Shown piece by piece: positions 27,079 through 34,006 of a stretch of DNA of 34,006 nucleotides. A model generated the notes under the pieces. The model saw only the letters and a list, made by a program, of their open reading frames with translations. It ran no database searches and had not been told where the DNA came from. Source of the DNA: a virus (lineage: Duplodnaviria > Heunggongvirae > Uroviricota > Caudoviricetes); IMG/VR virus record IMGVR_UViG_2734482588_000013; one strand, 5' to 3'. The position numbers were made by a program, and so were the translations under genes. Positions within the stretch are counted from its first letter, which is position 1, and every line of letters begins with the position of its first letter.

Positions 27079-27084
27079 ACTCAC

Positions 27085-27140
27085 GCTATTGCATGTCTCG
27101 CAATAAAATACTTGCACGTTACGCAATTTCATTTTATCTT
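27085..27140 (+). promoter_or_regulatory. OL operators / candidate pL promoter
   Basis: Two TTGC-N7-GCAA sites (TTGCATGTCTCGCAA, TTGCACGTTACGCAA) matching the OR half-sites; possible -35 TTGCAC and -10 TATCTT with 17-nt spacing. Confidence 0.45.
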
Positions 27141-27550
27141 TCTTTCCAGACCAACAAACAAGGTCCTGACAAAATTTGGTTGTAACACGGCGTATGGCAC
27201 ATGCGTCGTTAGCGGTCTGGGGACGTTAAAGGGGACAATCCACTCCTTGCTCGGGCAAACAAACCAGGTAGCCGGAATGTGCAAGTCAATGAGGATGCTG
27301 ATAAGACGCCTAACCAGCGTGGCGATTCGGTTTGACGCCTGGGAAGAGACCAGGGTGCAACGATGATGGCATTTATGGAACCGCGACAAAGTGTGGTGCC
27401 GTAACTGGCTAAGTGCTCTCAGCGTTGTGGTAATCCGCGAAATGGCGCGGCGGTAAGTATGGCGGGGTTACTCTTTCCCCGTTGAGGACACCGGATTGTC
27501 AGGTTGACCATACGCCTGAGTGACAACCCCACCACAACAGCCACTGCTTT

Positions 27551-27690
27551 GGCGGTACCAGTTTGTACACTTGCTTCCGGCTGGTACCGCTCTTTTTACA
27601 AAACAGAGAAGAGCATCACCGGACGACGGGCTCATAACCCAATCCATCCGGGCGGCTGCACCGCAGGTGTTCTTCTCTGTTTTGTGGAGA
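27551..27690 (+). promoter_or_regulatory. structured leader RNA element (nut/put-like antitermination site candidate)
   Basis: 10-bp perfect hairpin GCGGTACCAG...CTGGTACCGC followed by CTCTTTTTACAA (boxA-like), then a 15-bp perfect inverted repeat ACAAAACAGAGAAGA (27598-27612) / TCTTCTCTGTTTTGT (27671-27685) enclosing a GC-rich loop. Confidence 0.35.
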
Positions 27691-27732
27691 AACCAACCGA
27701 CCTTGCAGGGTCGATATGATGAGGAGCAGCAA

Positions 27733-28095
27733 ATGGCTAGCGAACGCAGTACTGATGTGCAGGCATTTATCGGGGAGCTGGACGGCGGCGTATTTGAAAC
27801 CAAAATCGGCGCAGTTCTCAGTGAAGTCGCTTCCGGTGTGATGAACACGAAAACCAAAGGTAAGGTCTCGCTCAACCTGGAAATCGAACCGTTTGATGAG
27901 AACCGTGTGAAAATCAAACACAAACTCTCATATGTTCGCCCGACTAACCGCGGGAAAATTTCCGAAGAAGACACCACCGAAACGCCGATGTATGTCAATC
28001 GCGGTGGTCGCCTGACTATTCTGCAGGAAGACCAGGGACAATTACTGACTCTTGCCGGTGAGCCTGACGGAAAACTCCGCGCAGCAGGTCATTAA
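27733..28095 (+). CDS. YfdP-like hypothetical protein
   Basis: 120-aa ORF starting at the internal Met MASERSTDV with GAGGAG 6-7 nt upstream. The longer 191-aa ORF upstream is taken to be leader sequence. Confidence 0.55.
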   Translation: MASERSTDVQAFIGELDGGVFETKIGAVLSEVASGVMNTKTKGKVSLNLEIEPFDENRVKIKHKLSYVRPTNRGKISEEDTTETPMYVNRGGRLTILQEDQGQLLTLAGEPDGKLRAAGH

Positions 28096-28160
28096 TATCG
28101 TTCTTAATTAACTGATTATTTATCTCATCACTGAATATCTTAATATAGTGAGGACTTATT

Positions 28161-28985
28161 ATGTCTCAGAACTTAGACGCAACCGCAATTAATCAAATCC
28201 ATGCCCTTATTTCTGCTCAGGGTGTTAATGAAATTATCAGTAAGATTGGTGCCGATGCTGTGGCATTGCCTGAGAACTTCCGCATTCATGATCTGGAAAA
28301 ATTTAATTTAAATCGCTTCCGTTTCCGTGGTGCGCTTTCCACTGCCAGCATCGATGACTTTACCCGTTATTCTAAAGATCTTGCAGATGAAGGCACCCGC
28401 TGCTTTATCGATGCTGATAATATGCGTGCCGTCAGTGTGCTTAACCTGGGTACTATTGATGAACCAGGTCACGCAGATAACACCGCCACTCTCAAACTGA
28501 AAAAGACAGCACCGTTCTCTGCTCTGTTGTCTGTTAACGGCGAGCGTAACTCCCAGAAGTCACTGGCAGAATGGATTGAAGACTGGGCCGACTACCTTGT
28601 AGGCTTTGATGCTAATGGTGACGCTATTCAGGCAACAAAAGCGGCTGCGGCTGTCCGTAAAATCACGATTGAAGCAAACCAGACCGCTGATTTTGAAGAT
28701 AATGACTTCAGCGGCAAACGCTCCCTGATGGAGTCTGTCGAAGCGAAGACCAAAGATATTATGCCAGTGGCATTTGAATTTAAATGCGTTCCGTTTGAAG
28801 GTCTGGAAGAACGTCCATTTAAATTACGCCTCAGCATTATCACTGGCGATCGTCCTGTACTGGTTCTGCGCATTATTCAGCTGGAAGCGGTGCAGGAAGA
28901 AATGGCTAACGAATTTCGTGATCTGCTTGTTGAGAAATTCAAAGACAGCAAAGTAGAAACCTTTATTGGTACTTTCACCGCCTGA
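28161..28985 (+). CDS. DUF2303-type protein (YfdQ-like)
   Basis: 274-aa ORF with AGGA RBS, same length and position as CPS-53 prophage YfdQ. Confidence 0.7.
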   Translation: MSQNLDATAINQIHALISAQGVNEIISKIGADAVALPENFRIHDLEKFNLNRFRFRGALSTASIDDFTRYSKDLADEGTRCFIDADNMRAVSVLNLGTIDEPGHADNTATLKLKKTAPFSALLSVNGERNSQKSLAEWIEDWADYLVGFDANGDAIQATKAAAAVRKITIEANQTADFEDNDFSGKRSLMESVEAKTKDIMPVAFEFKCVPFEGLEERPFKLRLSIITGDRPVLVLRIIQLEAVQEEMANEFRDLLVEKFKDSKVETFIGTFTA

Positions 28986-29112
28986 TTTCATTACTGCAAA
29001 TGCCCCTGCGGGGGCATTTATGGAAACGTAATTAACTCAATAATCACCGGATGGTGAGGGCTTCCTTTTACCAGAATTCAGCGCGGTGCAGCGCATATAC
29101 GTGGAGAACAAA

Positions 29113-29649
29113 ATGTCATTTATTAAAACTTTTTCCGGGAAGCATTTTTATTATGACAAGATAAATAAAGATGACATCGTTATTAACGATATCGCGGTTT
29201 CCCTTTCAAATATCTGTCGCTTTGCAGGACATCTTTCACACTTCTACAGTGTCGCCCAGCATGCGGTGCTTTGCAGCCAGCTGGTACCGCAGGAATTTGC
29301 TTTTGAAGCGTTAATGCATGATGCAACAGAAGCATATTGCCAGGACATCCCCGCTCCACTGAAACGCCTTCTTCCTGACTATAAACGGATGGAAGAAAAA
29401 ATAGATGCCGTAATCCGTGAGAAATACGGGTTACCCCCGGTTATGAGCACACCTGTGAAATATGCCGATCTCATCATGCTGGCAACCGAACGCCGCGATC
29501 TCGGGCTTGATGATGGCTCTTTCTGGCCTGTACTGGAAGGCATCCCGGCAACAGAGATGTTCAACGTGATTCCACTGGCACCGGGCCATGCCTACGGGAT
29601 GTTTATGGAACGTTTTAACGAGTTATCGGAGTTACGCAAATGCGCATGA
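29113..29649 (+). CDS. HD-domain phosphohydrolase (YfdR-like 5'-deoxynucleotidase)
   Basis: HD-domain metal-binding residues (H...HD...D: SVAQHAV, LMHDATEAY); start at MSFIKTFSGKHF with GGAG upstream. Confidence 0.75.
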   Translation: MSFIKTFSGKHFYYDKINKDDIVINDIAVSLSNICRFAGHLSHFYSVAQHAVLCSQLVPQEFAFEALMHDATEAYCQDIPAPLKRLLPDYKRMEEKIDAVIREKYGLPPVMSTPVKYADLIMLATERRDLGLDDGSFWPVLEGIPATEMFNVIPLAPGHAYGMFMERFNELSELRKCA

Positions 29650-30002
29650 ATGTTTTCGAAATGGAAGGGTTTCTTCGCGGAAAATGTGTACCGCGAGATC
29701 TGAAAGTGAACGAAACAAATGCCGAGTACCTGGTACGTAAATTCGACGCGCTTGAAGCTAAATGTGCGGCACTGGAAAACAAAATAATACCAGTGTCAGC
29801 TGAACTGCCGCCAGCAAATGAAAGTGTTCTGTTATTTGATGCTAACGGAGAAGGCTGGCTGATTGGCTGGCGTTCCCTCTGGTACACCTGGGGACAAAAA
29901 GAAACCGGAGAATGGCAGTGGACATTTCAGGTCGGGGACCTTGAAAACGTCAATATCACTCACTGGGCAGTAATGCCAAAAGCACCGGAGAATAAGAAAT
30001 GA
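29640..30002 (+). CDS. DUF551 domain protein (YfdS-like)
   Basis: 120-aa ORF with a C-terminal W-rich DUF551-like motif (EGWLIGWRSLWYTWGQ...WAVMP). Confidence 0.6.
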   Translation: MRMNVFEMEGFLRGKCVPRDLKVNETNAEYLVRKFDALEAKCAALENKIIPVSAELPPANESVLLFDANGEGWLIGWRSLWYTWGQKETGEWQWTFQVGDLENVNITHWAVMPKAPENKK

Positions 30003-30202
30003 GCGTGATAAAAACTCATACAGGAATTGTTATCACCCGAGACGGTCCGCAGGTAAAAAAACTGCACCAGACAAAGCGGATGTGGGTCGTCGGAAAAAAC
30101 GAGTTTTACCACAAAGAAACCGGACGCCGCCACTTTGCAGAAAATACTCGCCGCCGACTGCTGATCGATACCATCAAGCCGATCGAGGTGAAGCATGTTT
30201 AA
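29999..30202 (+). CDS. hypothetical small basic protein
   Basis: 67-aa ORF, ATGA-coupled to the upstream gene. Confidence 0.45.
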   Translation: MSVIKTHTGIVITRDGPQVKKLHQTKRMWVVGKNEFYHKETGRRHFAENTRRRLLIDTIKPIEVKHV

Positions 30203-30434
30203 ACAGAACGAAAAATCTATCGCTCAAATTGCTGAGTATATCCCACGTGCGTGCCGGGGTATGCAGTTGCAGGAAGCCAAAGCACGCCTGGAGAAAAAAA
30301 TTGCGCTCTATATCGATGACGGCTGTGATGCTGCCGTTCTTAACGCAGCGTTCGCGCCAGCTCTTAACAGTCATACGCGGGAGTCTTTTTTTTCGTGCAT
30401 CGCAGCGCAGATCCGCAAAGGAGGCAACCAGTGA
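30195..30434 (+). CDS. hypothetical small protein
   Basis: 79-aa ORF overlapping its neighbours by a few nucleotides within the early-left operon. Confidence 0.45.
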   Translation: MFKQNEKSIAQIAEYIPRACRGMQLQEAKARLEKKIALYIDDGCDAAVLNAAFAPALNSHTRESFFSCIAAQIRKGGNQ

Positions 30435-31153
30435 GCAAGATTGACTATCAGGCACTGCGTAAAGCGGCGCAACTGGCAACACAGGGTGAATGGGTCGCAT
30501 TTATTTCGTCTGGTACTGGTACATATGCGGTGCATACACCTGGTGATAAACGATGTGAAGACGTTATCAAATGGACCGGCTTTGATGGACAGAACAACGC
30601 AGAGAACAACGCTCGTTATATCGCAGCTTTCAACCCTGAAGTAGTGCAGGCGCTGCTGGATGAACGGGAAAGAAACCAGCAATACATCAAACGCCGTGAC
30701 CAGGAGAACGAGGATATTGCGCTAACGGTAGGGAAGCTGCGCGTTGAGCTTGAAGGCAAAGACAGCAAAATAGCCAATCTTACCGCCGAACGCGATGCTC
30801 TTCGTGAAGGTGAGATGGGCGACGCTAGGCATAGCAACACACGGGCCGCAGCTGATATCTACTTCCAACTGGTCGAGGAGTGCGAAATTCCTGCTGGCGG
30901 ATCTCTGGTCGAGTACGTTGACGATATGCGCGAGAAGCTGGAAGCCGCAGAGAAGCGCATTGCAGAGTTAGAAAGTGGTTCTCAGGCACAAAAGTTAGTT
31001 GAAGCAATCATTGTTGCGATAGAAAACGAACAGGAAAGGCTTTTTGATGAAGATTACCTAATGGATTCGAAAGAATGCATTGACGTAATTCGTGAAGAAG
31101 TAAAGCGATGGAATGATTCCCGTGCCGCTGGCATTCGCATCAAAGGAAAGTGA
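30431..31153 (+). CDS. Ea22-like family protein (GTG start)
   Basis: N-terminus VSKIDYQALRKAAQLATQGEWVAF...GTYAVHT followed by a coiled-coil region; GGAGG 6 nt upstream of the GTG; GTGA overlap with the upstream stop. Confidence 0.6.
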   Translation: MSKIDYQALRKAAQLATQGEWVAFISSGTGTYAVHTPGDKRCEDVIKWTGFDGQNNAENNARYIAAFNPEVVQALLDERERNQQYIKRRDQENEDIALTVGKLRVELEGKDSKIANLTAERDALREGEMGDARHSNTRAAADIYFQLVEECEIPAGGSLVEYVDDMREKLEAAEKRIAELESGSQAQKLVEAIIVAIENEQERLFDEDYLMDSKECIDVIREEVKRWNDSRAAGIRIKGK

Positions 31154-31154
31154 G

Positions 31155-31346
31155 ATGAACGGACAGATATCAATTGTTCGACCAGGAGCATGTGACGATC
31201 GCGAAATACGAATAATTATTCGTCTGGCAATGGGGAAAGCAATAACTGCTCTCATTACCCCAGAAAATCTCGCATTAGCATTAACAGGAAAGTCAGACCT
31301 GCCAGTAGAGCTAAAGCTGCGAAATGTTGAGATTAAGGTGAAATAG
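31155..31346 (+). CDS. hypothetical small protein
   Basis: 63-aa ORF (MNGQISIVRPGA...) starting 2 nt after the upstream stop. Confidence 0.4.
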   Translation: MNGQISIVRPGACDDREIRIIIRLAMGKAITALITPENLALALTGKSDLPVELKLRNVEIKVK

Positions 31347-31348
31347 CT

Positions 31349-31867
31349 ATGACCACTATTACCAAAGAACGTATCGAATTATTCATTAAAAATCCGCTTG
31401 ATAACGGGCTTACCCGTGGCGAACAAATGGAACTGGCACGGATTGCACTGGCATCGCTGGGAGCAGAACCTGTAAGCCAAACTTACAACTTGCCAGAATT
31501 AATCGAAGGCATGGAGGTTTCCATTGATGTAAGCACTTGTGATGCTGATTTAGGTAATCGCTATTTCGGCACCGTCACCGAGGCGTTAGAACTTGATACT
31601 GCCAAGAATGGTTACATCCTCCTGGTTCAGGACGCAGAGCCAAACTTCGATGTAAATGGCAACTATCCGGGAACTCCGGATAGTTGGATAAGCTGTAGTG
31701 ATCGAATGCCGAACGACGCGCAGTGGTGCGTAGTGAACACAGAATACGGGTATTACGTGCAATGCTGGTCTGAAGGTCAAGGGTGGCTTGGTGATGATAT
31801 CAGCATCCCTAAATGCGATGTAATCAATTGGATGCCTCTACCAGAACCGCCGCAGGAGGTGAAGTGA
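31349..31867 (+). CDS. DUF551 domain protein
   Basis: 172-aa ORF with a C-terminal DUF551-like motif (WISCSDRMP...VINWMPLPEPP). Confidence 0.6.
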   Translation: MTTITKERIELFIKNPLDNGLTRGEQMELARIALASLGAEPVSQTYNLPELIEGMEVSIDVSTCDADLGNRYFGTVTEALELDTAKNGYILLVQDAEPNFDVNGNYPGTPDSWISCSDRMPNDAQWCVVNTEYGYYVQCWSEGQGWLGDDISIPKCDVINWMPLPEPPQEVK

Positions 31868-32439
31868 TGAACAACTTAATGATCGACCTTGAGACGATGG
31901 GGAAAAATAAGGATGCACCGATCGTTTCCATTGGCGCGGTGTTCTTCACTCCAGAAACCGGAGACATCGGACAAGAATTCTATGCGGTTGTCAGCCTAGA
32001 CAGTGCTATGAAGCAAGGAGCTACACCTGACGGCGATACCATCCTGTGGTGGTTGAAACAAAGCCCTGAAGCGCGAGCTGCAATCTGTATTGATGATACT
32101 TTGTCGATCAGCGATGCTCTCTCAGAACTAAACCATTTCATTAACCGGCACGCAGACAATACGAAATATTTAAAAGTCTGGGGTAACGGAGCCACCTTCG
32201 ACAACGTAATTTTACGTGGAGCTTATGAGCGAGCAGGACAAATCTGCCCGTGGGCGTACTGGAATGACCACGATGTACGCACGATCGTTACACTTGGGCG
32301 TTCCATCGGATTCGACCCCAAAATGGACATGCCTTTCGATGGCGAACGGCACAACGCCATAGCTGATGCCCGTCATCAGGCAAAATATGTTTCCGCTATC
32401 TGGCAGAAATTAATTCCTGCCACCAGCACAGAATTATGA
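31867..32439 (+). CDS. DEDDh-type 3'-5' exonuclease
   Basis: Exo motifs DLET (I), WGNGATFD (II) and HNAIADARH (III); start at MNNLMIDLETMG with GGAGG upstream and a TGATG overlap. Confidence 0.7.
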   Translation: MNNLMIDLETMGKNKDAPIVSIGAVFFTPETGDIGQEFYAVVSLDSAMKQGATPDGDTILWWLKQSPEARAAICIDDTLSISDALSELNHFINRHADNTKYLKVWGNGATFDNVILRGAYERAGQICPWAYWNDHDVRTIVTLGRSIGFDPKMDMPFDGERHNAIADARHQAKYVSAIWQKLIPATSTEL

Positions 32440-32475
32440 TTTTCCCGGGTGCAGCCGGTTTTGATGGAGAAAATT

Positions 32476-32757
32476 ATGAACACCTTGTTTTTACTGATGG
32501 CTGAATTCAATACCCCAAACATTGAACTCTCAGCAATTAGCCAAAAGTACTTTGGTATGAGTCCAGCCACGGCAGAAGCAAAAGCAAACGCTTGTAAGTT
32601 GCCCGTTCCAACATATCGCATCGGCACATCACAAAAAGCAAAACGTTGCATCAATATTCAGGATCTTGCGGAATACATAGACAAAAGGCGAGAAGAAGGA
32701 CGTATCGAGTGGGAACAGGTCAGAACAGTCAAACAGAAGGGCAAAGAACATCACTAA
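32476..32757 (+). CDS. PrtN/excisionase-like small DNA-binding protein
   Basis: About 93-aa ORF at the distal end of the early-left operon (where xis usually sits), with a KLPVPTYRIGTSQKAKRCINIQDLAEYID motif. Confidence 0.5.
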   Translation: MNTLFLLMAEFNTPNIELSAISQKYFGMSPATAEAKANACKLPVPTYRIGTSQKAKRCINIQDLAEYIDKRREEGRIEWEQVRTVKQKGKEHH

Positions 32758-32759
32758 AG

Positions 32760-32786
32760 AAAAAACCCGCCTGAAGGCGGGTTTTC
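32760..32786. terminator. bidirectional intrinsic terminator
   Basis: AAAAAA-CCCGCC-tgaa-GGCGGG-TTTTCAAAAA, between the convergent early-left operon and the minus-strand accessory cassette. Confidence 0.7.
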
Positions 32787-32804
32787 AAAAAGCACCAGCT
32801 ATGA

Positions 32805-32978
32805 TCATGCTGCTTTGCGACGACGAAGCTTACCCTGCTGCTCTTTACCAGAGACAGTAGCGTGAGTGAACGCATTAGGAACAGCCTTCATCAGAACTTC
32901 AACAGCAGCCCCCATACCTGCGAATGCTTTCATTGTGTCGAACTTAACCTGTGGCTTGGTTGCTTTTTGATCTTTCAT
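32805..32978 (-). CDS. hypothetical small protein (57 aa, below the ORF-track cut-off)
   Basis: Hand-translated: MKDQKATKPQVKFDTMKAFAGMGAAVEVLMKAVPNAFTHATVSGKEQQGKLRRRKAA. GGAG 6 nt upstream of the ATG; terminator directly downstream. Confidence 0.4.
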   Translation of the reverse strand: MKDQKATKPQVKFDTMKAFAGMGAAVEVLMKAVPNAFTHATVSGKEQQGKLRRRKAA

Positions 32979-33017
32979 AGAAAACTCCAGAAGCTATACC
33001 GAAAAAATTCCTGTTGT

Positions 33018-33437
33018 TTACTCATCATCAATAGATGATACGCAATATTTATTTTTAAATTTAAGGTTCTTTGGCGTAACTTCATCAGATATATCAAAAC
33101 CGTCCAGAATTCTATTGAATGTAGCTTCTGGCATATCATCATGAACAGAAATCTCACCCGATCGCTGCTTTCTAACCATGTTATCCACTCGCCAAATTAT
33201 AGCTTCAGCGTAAACAACATAACTTGGATGCTTGATAAAGCGATGATCACCAGAATTCAAGACGCAAGACGGATCGTGGGGGACACCATCCTTGATACTA
33301 GAAATATTAACAACTAAAACACAATAACAATCGTTAACGGGGTAATAAACAGGATCATTACAAATCACATGAAGATGATTGCATGGCCCAGTTGGGGCAA
33401 GCACAGTTCCTTTCCTGTATGGCTGATAATCCGTCAT
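33018..33437 (-). CDS. uncharacterised protein, candidate toxin partner of the Panacea-domain protein
   Basis: 139-aa ORF whose start overlaps the Panacea ORF stop (ATGA). AT-rich, no recognisable family; Cys/His-rich N-terminal half. Confidence 0.5.
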   Translation of the reverse strand: MTDYQPYRKGTVLAPTGPCNHLHVICNDPVYYPVNDCYCVLVVNISSIKDGVPHDPSCVLNSGDHRFIKHPSYVVYAEAIIWRVDNMVRKQRSGEISVHDDMPEATFNRILDGFDISDEVTPKNLKFKNKYCVSSIDDE

Positions 33438-34006
33438 GATAATTGCAAAGAAAATTCCTTAAGTTTCTGAGATTCTTCCATTTTGCCAATTATACGATTA
33501 GCCTCATCCTCGCTTTTACCCTCACTGATCAGCATTTCTTTCAGGTCTATAGGCTTACGAGAATTGCCAGGATTGTGCCACTCTGGACAAACGCTTTCTA
33601 AATGCGTCATGTTTGCGAGATCAAATCGGTTCATATGCCCATACAGAGAATAGATTTCATCTAAAATCCGGATATCTGCACGGCTCAACTCATCAAAGAC
33701 CTCGTCTGCATCCATTTCCCTCGGATCTGAACGCAACAACACATCATGCCCGTTCGTCTCTATCAAGTTGTACCAGTAGTCACCAATGCCTTCAGCCTTA
33801 CCACGAATCAAGTTCAGCGTATTCGACATGACTGGACCAAATTTCATAGAGTAAAGGCTATCTTCGCCGATCATCCTGCCATGCTTCAAAATCGACTTGC
33901 GGTTAGACAGATAGAGCAGCTTCATCAATTTCAGATATGCCATGCGCCCACCTCGCTTAAGAAGTAGGTATGCAGCCATTTGAGCTACTTTTTCTTCGCA
34001 AAACAT
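33434..34006 (-). CDS. Panacea-domain (DUF4065) protein, PanA/SocA-like antitoxin candidate
   Basis: Motifs YLKLMKLLYLSNRKS...GEDSLYSMKFGPVMSNT fit the Panacea domain pattern. The ORF starts at the window edge, so the true start may lie beyond it. AT-rich and opposite in strand to the adjacent phage operon. Confidence 0.6.
   Translation of the reverse strand: MFCEEKVAQMAAYLLLKRGGRMAYLKLMKLLYLSNRKSILKHGRMIGEDSLYSMKFGPVMSNTLNLIRGKAEGIGDYWYNLIETNGHDVLLRSDPREMDADEVFDELSRADIRILDEIYSLYGHMNRFDLANMTHLESVCPEWHNPGNSRKPIDLKEMLISEGKSEDEANRIIGKMEESQKLKEFSLQLS

Noticed and set aside
27112-27389. ORFs 27112..27366 (+) and 27129..27389 (-) in the OL region
   Set aside because: They start inside the operator and terminator sequences, are mutually antisense, and lack an RBS; the region is more likely regulatory or noncoding.
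27520-27732. N-terminal 71 codons of the 191-aa ORF 27520..28095
   Set aside because: This stretch coincides with the strongly structured leader hairpins and has no RBS, whereas an internal ATG at 27733 has GAGGAG upstream and yields a 120-aa product; it is treated as leader.
1-34006. CRISPR arrays, IS elements or transposases, integrase and attachment sites
   Set aside because: No regularly spaced short direct repeats, no terminal inverted repeats flanking a transposase-like ORF, and no tyrosine or serine recombinase ORF within the window; int/att presumably lie beyond the right edge.

Overview
The window is a contiguous stretch of a lambdoid prophage (lambda-like structural genes, CPS-53/KpLE1-like early regions) from an enterobacterial genome, inverted relative to the lambda map. 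Left to right: minus-strand tail module (I, K, L, M, tape measure H, T/G with a frameshift junction, V, U, Z); head module (two small head-tail proteins, a ClpP-type protease fused to the major capsid protein, portal, W, large and small terminase); a lambda-like cos site; a P21-type lysis cassette (Rz/Rz1, SAR endolysin, pinholin); a late-operon DNA methyltransferase; an opposite-strand lipoprotein moron; antiterminator Q; a nin-like region (DUF968/HNH, KilA-N, RusA, winged-helix protein, Dam-like methyltransferase, PerC-like regulator); an O-like replication initiator with internal iterons; Rha, a CII-position regulator and Cro; operators; a plus-strand CI repressor with an S24 autopeptidase domain; a long structured leader; and the plus-strand early-left operon (YfdP/Q/R-like, DUF551, Ea22-like, DEDDh exonuclease, PrtN/Xis-like). 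The right edge carries an AT-rich minus-strand cassette: a Panacea-domain (DUF4065) protein translationally coupled to an unrecognisable 139-aa protein, followed by a 57-aa ORF and a terminator. This is the best candidate for an undescribed toxin-antitoxin or defence-type module. No rRNA, tRNA, CRISPR array or IS element was found. All family assignments are from reading the translations and from memory of reference proteins; no database search was run.
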